A stretch of DNA of 64,000 nt from an uncultured SAR86 cluster bacterium (GTDB lineage: Bacteria; Pseudomonadota; Gammaproteobacteria; Magnimaribacterales; D2472): positions 11,197-75,196 of the forward strand of contig CACBPT010000002.1 in NCBI GenBank assembly GCA_902541245.1, written 5' to 3'. Under the pieces are notes generated by a model. It ran no database searches. It was not told the origin of the DNA and saw only the letters and a program-made list of their open reading frames with translations. Shown piece after piece: positions 16,786 through 26,699 of the stretch. A program made the position numbers and the translations under genes. The stretch's first letter is position 1. Each line of letters begins with the position of its first letter.

Positions 16786-17487
16786 ATGAAAATAGGAATT
16801 CTCAATGCTGATACTGTAGAACTTCCGGGTGCATCAGCATTTGGTCAATATCCAGAAATGTTTTCAAAAATTTTTTGGGCAATAGATCCAACCATTCAGT
16901 TTGAAGCATATGAAGTGCAGTTTGATCATTATCCAAAAAAAATAAATGATTGTGATGCATACTTAATTACCGGTAGTAAAGCTAGCGCATACGAAGAGAA
17001 AAATTGGATAAATAAACTAAAAAAATTCGTTCAAACTCTTCATCAAAACAAAACAAAGTTGATAGGCATTTGTTTCGGCCATCAGATAATAGCTGAGGCT
17101 TTAGGAGGCTCTGTAAAGAATTCCCCAAAGGGTTGGCATGTTGGAGTAGATTCAATATCTTTATTTAAACAAGAGTTTGATTTTGATTTTGAAGGTGGTG
17201 AGTTTAATCTAGTTTTCAGCCATCAAGATGAAGTTATAAAATTGCCTGAAAACGCAAAATTAATTGCAGGATCACCGATTTGTCCAAATGGGATGTTTGT
17301 CATTGATGATCATATCCTTTGTACGCAAGGACATATTGAATTAAAGAAAGACTTTGCAAAATTAATATATGAATTTAGAAAAAATCAGATTGGAGATGCG
17401 AAATATTTAAGTGCTTGTAAAACATTAATTGATGAAACAGATGAATTGGCAGTTGTAAAAGTCCTAATAAAATTTTTAAAAAATTAA
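16786..17487 (+). CDS. Stand-alone class I glutamine amidotransferase-like protein
   Basis: ITGS, GICFGHQ nucleophile elbow and QGHIE. Confidence 0.88.
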   Translation: MKIGILNADTVELPGASAFGQYPEMFSKIFWAIDPTIQFEAYEVQFDHYPKKINDCDAYLITGSKASAYEEKNWINKLKKFVQTLHQNKTKLIGICFGHQIIAEALGGSVKNSPKGWHVGVDSISLFKQEFDFDFEGGEFNLVFSHQDEVIKLPENAKLIAGSPICPNGMFVIDDHILCTQGHIELKKDFAKLIYEFRKNQIGDAKYLSACKTLIDETDELAVVKVLIKFLKN

Positions 17488-17488
17488 T

Positions 17489-18313
17489 TTAAAAAGGTTT
17501 ATCGCCATCAATTGCCACTCGCTCTAATAAACGGTGCGCAGGAAAATAATCATTAATGGGTTTGTGTTGAGTGCTTCTGTTATCCCAAATAGCAATAGAA
17601 TTTGGCTCCCAATTGAAACGACAGGTATATTCAGCAGTAATTGAGTGATCAAATAGAAAATCTAAAATTGCTGAGCTTTCTTTAGGTGGCAGGCCGATTA
17701 TTTTTGTTGTAAACAAAGCATTTACAAAAATAACTTTTTGTTTGCTTTCGGGGTGCACTCTTATAACAGGATGTTGAACCGGAGGATTATCTTTGACAGC
17801 TTCAGCCAAGCGCTCTTTCCCACCAGGCTCTGCCAAACTTTCCTTAAAACCATAACTAAAATCATGCTCTGCATTAAGATTTGAAAGAAATTTTTGCATT
17901 CCTTTAGATAAACCATCATATGCAGCTGACATGCTAGCCCACATTGTATCCCCTCCCTTTGGAGGACAAATTTTTGATCTTAAAACTGAACCCAATGGTG
18001 GATGTTGACGGAATGTCATGTCCGAATGCCACACCTCGATTTTACTTGGTTTTTCTGCCGTGCTCTCAAGAATTGTAATTTCTGGAAAGCCTTCAACTGT
18101 TTCATAGGCGGGATGTGTTTGAACTGGGCCAAATGATTCTGCTAATGCTTTATGTTGTTGCGGCGAAATATCTTGATCACGAAAAAAAATAACTTTGTGT
18201 TTTATAAGCAGTTTTCTGATTTCGGCATAGACATCAGGTTGCAAGTCATTACAAAGGTCGACTCCATGTAATTCCGCTCCTAGAGCTGCAGCTATTGGCT
18301 TTACTTTAAACAT
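17489..18313 (-). CDS. TauD/TfdA family Fe(II)/2-oxoglutarate dioxygenase
   Basis: WHSDMTF (HxD), GGDT and WDNRSTQH...R. Confidence 0.92.
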   Translation of the reverse strand: MFKVKPIAAALGAELHGVDLCNDLQPDVYAEIRKLLIKHKVIFFRDQDISPQQHKALAESFGPVQTHPAYETVEGFPEITILESTAEKPSKIEVWHSDMTFRQHPPLGSVLRSKICPPKGGDTMWASMSAAYDGLSKGMQKFLSNLNAEHDFSYGFKESLAEPGGKERLAEAVKDNPPVQHPVIRVHPESKQKVIFVNALFTTKIIGLPPKESSAILDFLFDHSITAEYTCRFNWEPNSIAIWDNRSTQHKPINDYFPAHRLLERVAIDGDKPF

Positions 18314-18343
18314 TTTTAATAAAATATTTCTTTTAAAGAAATT

Positions 18344-18868
18344 TTAGTCTTTAATCTCACTATCAATCAAGACTGCTATTAATAAGGCCGGCTCATCTCC
18401 ATGATTGACCCATGCATGATTTGTACCTCTTTGAACCACAGTATCAAATGGCTCAAGTCTTACTTCTTCTTCATCTAATAAAAGAGTGACATCACCCTTT
18501 AATAAAATTATGTAGTCAATCGTCTCTGTCTTGTGCATTGCTGGATGCTTAGAGGTGTCTATCCTATGGTGAGCTGCTCCAATGCGATCGAATGCCTCAG
18601 CAGCCAAATCTTGAAGAACATCCCATGGAACTCCTTCTGGAGTAGGATTAATTTGAAAATATCTAAATTTTGTTCCGCCTTCGGGAGGTGACAAGATGAT
18701 TGCAGAGTCACCCCTATCGACTTCATCAGTTGAATCGATTACTGCTCCATCTGTATTCCAGATTTCAAATAGTCCTCCTACCTCTTCTCCTATTGAGCAT
18801 GCAGGTGGTCCATCAATTGTGATGATTGATTTACCATTTTGATTATGTCCTGTGATTATTCTTCTCAT
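18344..18868 (-). CDS. Cupin domain protein
   Basis: MRRIITGH, MHKTETIDY and VVQRGTNHAWVN. Confidence 0.87.
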   Translation of the reverse strand: MRRIITGHNQNGKSIITIDGPPACSIGEEVGGLFEIWNTDGAVIDSTDEVDRGDSAIILSPPEGGTKFRYFQINPTPEGVPWDVLQDLAAEAFDRIGAAHHRIDTSKHPAMHKTETIDYIILLKGDVTLLLDEEEVRLEPFDTVVQRGTNHAWVNHGDEPALLIAVLIDSEIKD

Positions 18869-18900
18869 TTTCTTTCTTTTAATAAACTTAATAAATGATT

Positions 18901-21900
18901 TTACAACTTATTTGAAATTGCATAGCAAGCTGGAATATAAAAAACAGCAATAATCGTAGAGCCGATAACACCACCTGCCATTGCCCAAGCAAGCGGTTCA
19001 AAGAAAATACTTGTGATTAATAAAGGCATGAATCCTCCAATGGTCGTTGCTGAGGTTGTAATTACATGACGAGTAGATCTTATGATTACTTCGACTAAAT
19101 CCTCTTTATTTATAGGGGATTTAGCATGAGCTTCTTTTATATGAGATAAAACAACTATTGAATCATTGATTGACAGTCCAGCAAGTCCTATTGCTCCAAC
19201 GAGACCCATGAAACCAAAATTGGCTTGACCAAGAGTTAATCCTAGAAAAGCTAAACCTGTACACCAACCCGCAACGCTTAATATAAGAGTTGCTTGTCTA
19301 AATGAGTTTAAAGCTGAAACTAATGCAATAACAATAAGCACAAAGAATAGTATTGCCGATGAAAAAATGTTTGCTTGAGATTTACCTCTTGCATCTGCTT
19401 CTCCGCCTACCTCAAGAATGTAGCCAGGAGGAAGCTCAGCCCTAAATATTTGTATCTTATCCTTCAAAAATTTTTCTGTGTCTGAAGGAAGTAATCCTGG
19501 CCAAATCCAAGCCGCTACTTGATTTTGTCTTTTGCCAGCATCTCTAGAAACAAAATTTGCCTGATTGGTAACAGCAAATTCTCCATAATTAGATGAATAA
19601 TCAAATCCATCGTTTGATGGGACTGATAAATATTGTGTAGATCTAATTGAATCATTGGAAGAACCTCTTAATTTAATAGGAATTTCTTTATTACCATCTA
19701 GCATAGTCCCAACTTTTATACCTTCACTTGCAATTGCGAGTTCGTTAATAAAAAATTCGCCTGAAATTGAATTCATGGCTAAATCAGATTCACTAAATTT
19801 AAACTCTAAATTAGCAGCGCCCCCGCTTAGTTCACTGTTGGTTAAATATACATCCGGGGCAGCTCTAATTATCAACTCTAGTTTATTACCCAAAGCTCTC
19901 AGAACAGAAAGGTCTGGACCATCAATACTATACTCAACGGCCGCATCTACTGGAGGGCCTGAATCAAATTTATCAATAATAATTTTTAAATCTGGATTTT
20001 CAGAAGTAAGTCTTTTTGCAAGCGAAGGAAGTTTTTTGATCATCTCACTGTAAGAAGAGGCTATGTAGACTCCTTGCGCTAGGTTATTAGACCCAAGAGC
20101 GGAATCGCCGCCTATTACGTTGTAAAGTATTCTTGGCAATCTTCTGCCTATAAACCAAAAATCATCTTCAACGATTCCACTATTCAATATAGACTCTCTG
20201 ATTTTTAACACCTCTTTCTTAGTGCTCTCTACATTAGAGTTTTGAGGTAACTCAATTAACACCTTGAACATATTCCTGTCCAAAGCCGGAAAAAAATCTG
20301 CCTTTAAAAATGGAAATGATAAAAAACCTATCATGGGCAAAATCATTGCAATCATGATTCCTCTCCTAGGAAGGGCATATGACCATGTTAGAAGATCTCT
20401 GTATCTGTTTAGAAGCTTTTGATTTGAGTATCCGTTTCCAGAAAAAATTTCCTTATCAAAGAACTTAATTTTATTAATATAGTTTAGAAGGAGTGGAACA
20501 ACATATAGCGCGAGAAACAAGGACGCAGTAACAGATAAAATAACGGTTTTAGCCATGCCTCCAACAAATTCTGCGCTTGGCCCTTGACCTGCTGCAATTG
20601 GGAAAAACGACAAAGCAGTTGTTGCGGTTGCAGCAGAAAGCGGAATCCATAAATGACTAAATGTTTCGTATGATGCTAATTCCCGAGAGTGACCTAAACT
20701 TCGTCTGTATTTAAAGTCTTCAACTACAATAATTGCATTATCTATTAACAACCCAAGAGCAATAATTATTCCTGTCATTGAGGTTTGATGCAGTGGCAAA
20801 CCTAATAATTTACATCCAAATAAAACTAAAAAAATTGTAAGAGGTATGATTGACCCAACGATCAAAGCTGATTTAAAGCCTAACAAAAAATAACTTATTC
20901 CAATAACAATTAGGGTCGCGAAAATTATGCTTCCATACAAATTATTAAATTTTTGTTTAAAGTAATATGATTCGTCGTAAATTTTTTCTAATTTGATTTC
21001 AGGAGGAAGTTGCTTTCTAAAATCTTCTACTAATAACTCAATGCTTTCCACATAAAGATCAACTCTCAAGGAAAATGCACCCCTTATTTCAACGAGAACA
21101 GCCTTCTCCCCATTAAATACAACAAGTTCTTCGGGTGGATCTCTGGGATTTTTTGATAAGCTCGCTATATCACCAAGCCGGATAATTTCATATTCATTAA
21201 AAACTTTTATGGGTAAATTAGACACCTCAGATAAGTTAGTTAGATTTTCTTGAGACTTTACAAGAAATTCTTGACCATTTTTTGATATTTGCCCAATAGG
21301 TTTTTTTGTATCAAGTGAGGTGAGAACCTTTGCTACTTCTTGAAAGGTGAGTCCAAGAGCTGATAACTTTGCATTATCAATTTCAACTAAAACTTCCTCA
21401 TCTGCAGAACCAAAAACAGAACTCCTATCTGATCCTGCTATATATGCCATACTTTGACGAAGATCCTCAGCTATTCGTGATAGCAGAATAAGTGGTGGTT
21501 CGCCATCACCATTCCATGTGAGCGCATACAACAATGTAGTTGGAGGTCCGCTACTTCTAATTAACTGTGGCTTCAGTCCAGCAGGCAAATCAAATAATGA
21601 TTGATCTAACTTATCTTGAACTTCAGACCACACTTGCTCAATTAATGCCGGAGAAACGTTATCTTTTATTTCCAGAACAGTTGTGCCAAAACCCTGAGAG
21701 GCAAATGAAATAATTTCATTAAGCTCATAAACCTCTCGGAGTTTTGCCTCCATTGGCTCAAGAATTTGTGTTTCAATTCTTGTTGGTGATGCACCAGGAT
21801 AAATTGTCTGAACTGTTGACCAGCGTTGAGCTAACTCAGGATTTTCTTGTCGAGGAACTGTGTTAAGCGCAAATACACCAGATAAAAATATAAAAATTAG

Positions 21901-21951
21901 TAGTAGTGCAAAAACTCTAGGTTGTGTAAATAAAATCTTTAAAAAAAACAT
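18901..21951 (-). CDS. RND efflux transporter, AcrB/AcrD/AcrF family
   Basis: 1016 aa with two large periplasmic loops and about 12 TM; YPGASP and GLLIDNAIIVVE. Confidence 0.93.
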   Translation of the reverse strand: MFFLKILFTQPRVFALLLIFIFLSGVFALNTVPRQENPELAQRWSTVQTIYPGASPTRIETQILEPMEAKLREVYELNEIISFASQGFGTTVLEIKDNVSPALIEQVWSEVQDKLDQSLFDLPAGLKPQLIRSSGPPTTLLYALTWNGDGEPPLILLSRIAEDLRQSMAYIAGSDRSSVFGSADEEVLVEIDNAKLSALGLTFQEVAKVLTSLDTKKPIGQISKNGQEFLVKSQENLTNLSEVSNLPIKVFNEYEIIRLGDIASLSKNPRDPPEELVVFNGEKAVLVEIRGAFSLRVDLYVESIELLVEDFRKQLPPEIKLEKIYDESYYFKQKFNNLYGSIIFATLIVIGISYFLLGFKSALIVGSIIPLTIFLVLFGCKLLGLPLHQTSMTGIIIALGLLIDNAIIVVEDFKYRRSLGHSRELASYETFSHLWIPLSAATATTALSFFPIAAGQGPSAEFVGGMAKTVILSVTASLFLALYVVPLLLNYINKIKFFDKEIFSGNGYSNQKLLNRYRDLLTWSYALPRRGIMIAMILPMIGFLSFPFLKADFFPALDRNMFKVLIELPQNSNVESTKKEVLKIRESILNSGIVEDDFWFIGRRLPRILYNVIGGDSALGSNNLAQGVYIASSYSEMIKKLPSLAKRLTSENPDLKIIIDKFDSGPPVDAAVEYSIDGPDLSVLRALGNKLELIIRAAPDVYLTNSELSGGAANLEFKFSESDLAMNSISGEFFINELAIASEGIKVGTMLDGNKEIPIKLRGSSNDSIRSTQYLSVPSNDGFDYSSNYGEFAVTNQANFVSRDAGKRQNQVAAWIWPGLLPSDTEKFLKDKIQIFRAELPPGYILEVGGEADARGKSQANIFSSAILFFVLIVIALVSALNSFRQATLILSVAGWCTGLAFLGLTLGQANFGFMGLVGAIGLAGLSINDSIVVLSHIKEAHAKSPINKEDLVEVIIRSTRHVITTSATTIGGFMPLLITSIFFEPLAWAMAGGVIGSTIIAVFYIPACYAISNKL

Positions 21952-21954
21952 AGC

Positions 21955-22950
21955 TTAATTTACTCTTAAAATCTCACTATCTATGACTTGTTCTGCTCCT
22001 CCGCTAACAACCATATCACCCGTATTAATAGTGCCAGAAATATAAGCGTTATTTCCTTCAACATGAATTAATTCAACAATTTCTTTGGATACTTGATATT
22101 GATTTTTTTGATCTGTAGATACTGTATAAACATTCCAAAGACCTTGTGTTCCTTGAGAAAGAGATTTGAGTGGCACCCATGCACCTGTTTTTTCTTTTAT
22201 TTGCGTCAATTGCAGAAATGAAATGGATCCAGGATTAATGAAGGTACTAAATTCAAAGATACACAATCTATTATCACTTCCTTGACTGCTCATTTGAGTA
22301 AATCTCTTAAGTTGAGCAGAATGTATTTTGTCATTAATAACAAAATTGTATTCCTGCCCAATAATAAGGCCATCTATGACGGTGCTTGGTACAGATACAT
22401 GTGCTTCAACACTCGTAGAATCAATTACTTCTAAAATTGCTATTCCAGGGCTCGTCACTGTTCCAGAATCAAAGAATCTATTTTGAATGTAGCCATTAAA
22501 TGGAGCACGAATTTTGGTTTGCTCCAACTTTACAGAATAGAAATCAACTTGAGCCTTTGCAATTAAAAAATCCGAACTAGCACGGTCAAGTTCTTGATTG
22601 GAAATAAAACCTTTCTCTTTTAAGTCTGTAAATCTCTTAAGAACTTGATCTGCTAAGTCATATCTTGCAAGTGCCTGGTTGAGGCTAGCCTGCATTTCTG
22701 ATGGATCTAAAAAAGCTAAAATATCACCTTTTTGAATAGCATCACCTATATCAACTTTTACTTCATCAATTTTTCCAGCGACTTCAAAAGCTAATTTAGA
22801 ATAATTTAGGGGTAGAATCTTGCCCGGGAATCTTTGGGAAATATTGTATGTTTTTTGTATTTCAATTGTTGTTATTTCTAATGAGCCATTGGCAGATAAT
22901 GAACTTATTAATATAAGAGAGAGATTCAAAATTATTAAAAATTTATTCAT
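21955..22950 (-). CDS. RND periplasmic adaptor (MFP); start revised to MNKFLIIL
   Basis: FEVAGKIDEVKVDIGD and IRAPFNG lipoyl-like halves. The signal anchor begins at 22950; the longer ORF would run through the operator region. Confidence 0.9.
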   Translation of the reverse strand: MNKFLIILNLSLILISSLSANGSLEITTIEIQKTYNISQRFPGKILPLNYSKLAFEVAGKIDEVKVDIGDAIQKGDILAFLDPSEMQASLNQALARYDLADQVLKRFTDLKEKGFISNQELDRASSDFLIAKAQVDFYSVKLEQTKIRAPFNGYIQNRFFDSGTVTSPGIAILEVIDSTSVEAHVSVPSTVIDGLIIGQEYNFVINDKIHSAQLKRFTQMSSQGSDNRLCIFEFSTFINPGSISFLQLTQIKEKTGAWVPLKSLSQGTQGLWNVYTVSTDQKNQYQVSKEIVELIHVEGNNAYISGTINTGDMVVSGGAEQVIDSEILRVN

Positions 22951-22975
22951 AGAAAAATATTGTGCTATGCTATTG

Positions 22976-22994
22976 ATGTTAACAGCGTAAACAT
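22976..22994. promoter_or_regulatory. Putative TetR operator 1
   Basis: Imperfect palindrome ATGTTAAC-AGC-GTAAACAT (7/8 arm pairs) in the MFP/TetR divergent gap. Confidence 0.7.
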
Positions 22995-23006
22995 AGTATA
23001 TATGTA

Positions 23007-23025
23007 ATGTTTTCACTGTCAACAT
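23007..23025. promoter_or_regulatory. Putative TetR operator 2
   Basis: ATGTTTTC-ACT-GTCAACAT, a second copy 31 bp from the first and just upstream of the tetR start. Confidence 0.65.
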
Positions 23026-23033
23026 GTATACTT

Positions 23034-23633
23034 ATGACATATCATCACGGAAATCTAAAAGAAGAGCTCATTTCTAGTGCATGCAAAATTTGTGAGGCTG
23101 ATGGTCATGATCATATGAGTTTGAGATCAATTGCAAAGGAAGCAAATGTTTCTCAAACTGCACCATATAGACACTTTAAAACAAAAGAAAGTCTTCTTGC
23201 AGAAGTTTCAAAGCGTGGGTTCGATGAGTTAACTAAAAGAATGAGTGAAGCTTTAAATAAAAAAAATAATGCTCTCTCTCCAGAGGATCAGTTCTTAGAG
23301 ATGGGTCTTGCTTACCTTGAATTTGGTGTTGAGAAACGCAATATTTATGATTTGATGCACAGTCCATCCATTCAAAAAGCAGATTTTCCTGAGCTGCTTG
23401 AATCTGCTGGAGGAGCATTTGATGTGCTAGTAAAAATTCTTATTAAACTTCATCCAGAAATAGATGAAATTCATCTTAGTCAAAAATGTATGAAGTATTG
23501 GGCAATGATGCATGGCCTGATTGGTATATTAGATATCAAACCAAATTCACCAACTGAATCAGATGCCGCAAAAGCAATGATCAATACAAAAAAAGACCTT
23601 AGATCTTTCCTAAAAGAAACAGTAGACTTTTAG
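23034..23633 (+). CDS. TetR/AcrR family regulator; start revised to MTYHHGNLK
   Basis: YHHGNLK...SLRSIAKEANVSQTAPYRHFKTKE HTH and a C-terminal WAMMHG (WHG-type) motif. Confidence 0.93.
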   Translation: MTYHHGNLKEELISSACKICEADGHDHMSLRSIAKEANVSQTAPYRHFKTKESLLAEVSKRGFDELTKRMSEALNKKNNALSPEDQFLEMGLAYLEFGVEKRNIYDLMHSPSIQKADFPELLESAGGAFDVLVKILIKLHPEIDEIHLSQKCMKYWAMMHGLIGILDIKPNSPTESDAAKAMINTKKDLRSFLKETVDF

Positions 23634-24034
23634 TCTATAAAAATTTTAATTCTTTTTGAGTAAATGGGAGGGTCATGTGGTATGTGCCTAAAGTCGCCCA
23701 AAAGAAGTTGCAGAGTGTGCTCTCCCTTGGATAATTCAAGCTCCACCTCTGTTTGGCCTTTACCAAAATGTACGTGGTTTTTATCAGCAGGAATTGGCAT
23801 GTTTAAAGGCGGTAATTCTGCATCTATGATTAAATGATGGTGGCCTGTATTTTGAATTTGAATTCCAGCTGGCGCAACGCCAAAATTTTTAAGGCCAAAC
23901 TTAACAGTAACTTTGCCATTTAATGATTCTTCATTATTTGGGGATATGAAATACACTGAAGCATTAATTGGACTGGGTGTTAACTCAATTGCGCCCAATG
24001 AAACTGACAAAAATAATATAAAAAAATATCTCAT
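23630..24034 (-). CDS. DUF4399-like secreted protein
   Basis: Signal peptide, VYFISP, GVAPAG, TGHHHLIID, HFGKGQTE and HIPHDPP. Confidence 0.82.
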   Translation of the reverse strand: MRYFFILFLSVSLGAIELTPSPINASVYFISPNNEESLNGKVTVKFGLKNFGVAPAGIQIQNTGHHHLIIDAELPPLNMPIPADKNHVHFGKGQTEVELELSKGEHTLQLLLGDFRHIPHDPPIYSKRIKIFID

Positions 24035-24499
24035 TTAATTTAAATATCCTCCATCGCCATACATCAAGGTGTTAAATTCTCCTTTGCTTTCAGCTTTAAG
24101 AGCTTTGGCTAGAACAATAGTATGAGAATGATATGGTACCGTCTGATCAATTTTACAAAAAATGTTTGCTTGAGCATTTTTTAAAAACGGTGTGTGGCTT
24201 ACATCCCAAAAATCATTCTTAAATCTTTGTGATTCTAAATCTTTTGAGCTGCATAAATTTGCTATTTCTTGCTGATTCTTTTGTAAAATATTTATACATA
24301 GCAATACATCTTCCATGAGAGCATCGTGAATACTGGCCTCTTTATTCACACAAACTAAAATTGCCGGTGGATCAATTGATAGAGAAGTTACTGAAGATGC
24401 AGTCATGGCATATGTTTTTCCTGTGGCATCTCTTGCAGAAATTACACTTACAGATGCAGCCAAAGATCTCATTGCAATTAAAAATTGTTCTTTAGTCAT
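24035..24499 (-). CDS. Flavin reductase-like protein (DIM6/NTAB)
   Basis: FxxAMR...AMTASSVTSLSIDPP...HSHTIV. Confidence 0.9.
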   Translation of the reverse strand: MTKEQFLIAMRSLAASVSVISARDATGKTYAMTASSVTSLSIDPPAILVCVNKEASIHDALMEDVLLCINILQKNQQEIANLCSSKDLESQRFKNDFWDVSHTPFLKNAQANIFCKIDQTVPYHSHTIVLAKALKAESKGEFNTLMYGDGGYLN

Positions 24500-24535
24500 T
24501 AGCGTTATAATTTATAATCTTTAAAAATTTAAAAA

Positions 24536-25084
24536 TTGAACACGTCAAGCATAAGAATAATTGGAGGCAGAAACAAGAGCTATCGTATAGTTTTTAAGGC
24601 ATCTCCTGATTTGAGACCAACCAGTGATAGAGCAAAAGAAACTTTATTTAGTTGGCTCCAATTCGAAATAGAAAATAAATCTTGCTTAGACTTATTTGCT
24701 GGCACCGGTGGATTAGGATTTGAGGCACTATCTAGGGGTGCTAACCATGTAACATTTGTAGAAAAAGATAAATTCTTGCACTTAAATATAATAAAAAATA
24801 TTAATCATCTTGGTCATAAAAATAATATTGAAATATTCCATAATGATGCCTATAGATGGTTAAAAACAAATAAAAGAACATTTGATTATATTTTTCTTGA
24901 CCCTCCATTTGATAGGGTTGAATATTCAGACCTTTTAAGCAAAATATATGAAAGTAATATCATCAATGATGATGGAAAAATATTTTTAGAAACCAGCAAG
25001 CACACAGAGCTTAAATTGAGAGACCCTCAAAGGATTCTCAAGAATAAGATTATTGGTGATGTTAGGCTCATGATTTTACAATGA
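24536..25084 (+). CDS. rsmD: 16S rRNA m2G966 methyltransferase RsmD
   Basis: RIIGG, LRPTSDR, LDLFAGTG and FLDPPF. Confidence 0.93.
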   Translation: MNTSSIRIIGGRNKSYRIVFKASPDLRPTSDRAKETLFSWLQFEIENKSCLDLFAGTGGLGFEALSRGANHVTFVEKDKFLHLNIIKNINHLGHKNNIEIFHNDAYRWLKTNKRTFDYIFLDPPFDRVEYSDLLSKIYESNIINDDGKIFLETSKHTELKLRDPQRILKNKIIGDVRLMILQ

Positions 25085-25992
25085 AAATTAGAATAGCAAC
25101 CAGACTATCTCCGCTTGCAATCCTTCAAACTAAAGAAGTAATTAAAAAAATACATCATCATGAGCCAACATGTATTTGTGAAATTATTAAAATAAAGTCT
25201 GATGGAGATCAAACAGATATACCTTTGCATGTTATTGGAGGTAAGGGCTTATTTGTTTCCAAGCTTGAGCAAGCGTTATGTAATCAAATTGCAGATATTG
25301 CAGTCCATAGTTTAAAAGATGTGCCTGCATCCCTTGATAAAAAATTTACTATTGCAGCAACACTTCCGAGAGAAGAAGTAGAAGACGTTTTGTTGTTAAG
25401 AGAGAATTTAAATATAAGTGATTTATCAACAAAGCTAAAAATTGCTACCTCAGGACCTAGAAGAAAAGCACAATTGCTGGGAATAAACTCAGATTTCAAC
25501 ATAGTACCCATAAGAGGAAATATTCAAACAAGAATTGATAAAATGACTAAAGAAAATTTAGATGGCTTGATAGTTGCAAAAGCTGCTTTGAATAGATTAA
25601 AAATTTCACATCCAAATATTTATATATTTTCGCAAGAAGAAATGCTACCTGCTGCTGCTCAAGGAGCAATTGGGATCGAAGTTATTGAAGAAAATCTGAG
25701 AGCTGAAACAAATAATCTACTTAAATCTATAAACGATAATTTAACTTTTCAAGCTACAGAAATTGAAAGAACTGTTGTTGCAGCTCTTCAGGGTAATTGT
25801 TTATCGCCAATTTCTGCTCTCTGTAAAATTAGTGATCAAGATATTGAACTAAAAGTAAGGGTCTCGAATCAAAAAGGATCTGAAGTTTATGATCAGAAAG
25901 AAATTTTTAAATTGGATAATAAAATTGAAGCTTTGGAAGGTTTCATTGAAAAACTCATAAGAAATGGTGCAAAAACACTAATTCAAAAATAA
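25081..25992 (+). CDS. hemC: Hydroxymethylbilane synthase
   Basis: ATRxSPLA, GGKGLF, AVHSLKDVP, IRGNIQTR and cofactor Cys in GNCLSP. Confidence 0.95.
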   Translation: MKIRIATRLSPLAILQTKEVIKKIHHHEPTCICEIIKIKSDGDQTDIPLHVIGGKGLFVSKLEQALCNQIADIAVHSLKDVPASLDKKFTIAATLPREEVEDVLLLRENLNISDLSTKLKIATSGPRRKAQLLGINSDFNIVPIRGNIQTRIDKMTKENLDGLIVAKAALNRLKISHPNIYIFSQEEMLPAAAQGAIGIEVIEENLRAETNNLLKSINDNLTFQATEIERTVVAALQGNCLSPISALCKISDQDIELKVRVSNQKGSEVYDQKEIFKLDNKIEALEGFIEKLIRNGAKTLIQK

Positions 25993-26694
25993 ATGATTGT
26001 TAATACAAGGCCGAAAGAAATTGGTGATAAAACTAATGATTTACTCAATGAGCTTAAATGTGATTTTATACATGTACCTTTTACCAAGATTGAGGAATTA
26101 GAGCCTCCTGCCTCTGCAAAAATCCTATTAGATAAATTGGGTAATTATGATGCTGTGATTTTCACCAGTCAGTCTGCTGTAAAATATGGCATAAAATTTT
26201 TTCAGGAAAAATGTGCGAATGTAAATCAAATTCCAATAATCTCTATCGGATTAGCAACTCAAAGGTGCTTAAATGAATTAGGCATCTCCTCAGTTGTTCC
26301 AAAAACTTATAACTCTGTGGGAATTTCAAAGTTGATGACAAAAAAAAATTATAGGAAATGTTTAATTTTTTGCGGTGATAAAGATCCTCAGCTTCTTTCA
26401 ATTACTAATGCAGATATTGATATATTTCCTTGCTACGAATCTCAGGATAAAAAAAATATAGACTTTGCGAAGATTAAAAAATTAGATAAATCGATAATTT
26501 TAATCTATACACATCAAAGCTTAGAGATTTTAGTAAAAAATTTTAAAGCCTATGAAATGGAAAAAATCATTTTAATTTGCGCATCAGAAAGAATTCGAAA
26601 ATTAGCATCAAATTATAGTTTTAAGGATTGCGTCTTAGCAAAGTCACCACTCGACAAAGATATTCTAAATGCTGCTACAAGAATGAGTAATTAA
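25993..26694 (+). CDS. hemD: Uroporphyrinogen-III synthase
   Basis: NTRP, IFTSQSAV, IGxAT and CASERI; follows hemC. Confidence 0.87.
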   Translation: MIVNTRPKEIGDKTNDLLNELKCDFIHVPFTKIEELEPPASAKILLDKLGNYDAVIFTSQSAVKYGIKFFQEKCANVNQIPIISIGLATQRCLNELGISSVVPKTYNSVGISKLMTKKNYRKCLIFCGDKDPQLLSITNADIDIFPCYESQDKKNIDFAKIKKLDKSIILIYTHQSLEILVKNFKAYEMEKIILICASERIRKLASNYSFKDCVLAKSPLDKDILNAATRMSN

Positions 26695-26699
26695 ATTAG

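Noticed and set aside
16786-17487. GMP synthase (guaA)
   Set aside because: Only the GATase domain is present; there is no ATP-pyrophosphatase domain.
17489-18313. Definite taurine dioxygenase tauD
   Set aside because: Family membership is clear, but the substrate cannot be read from motifs and no tauABC is adjacent.
22951-23033. N-terminal extensions making MFP and TetR overlap head-to-head; similar extensions of trxA, dacA, mpl and lptE
   Set aside because: Family-typical N-termini begin at downstream ATGs (22950, 23034, 28406, 43301, 51595, 39893). The extensions cover regulatory DNA or neighbouring genes.
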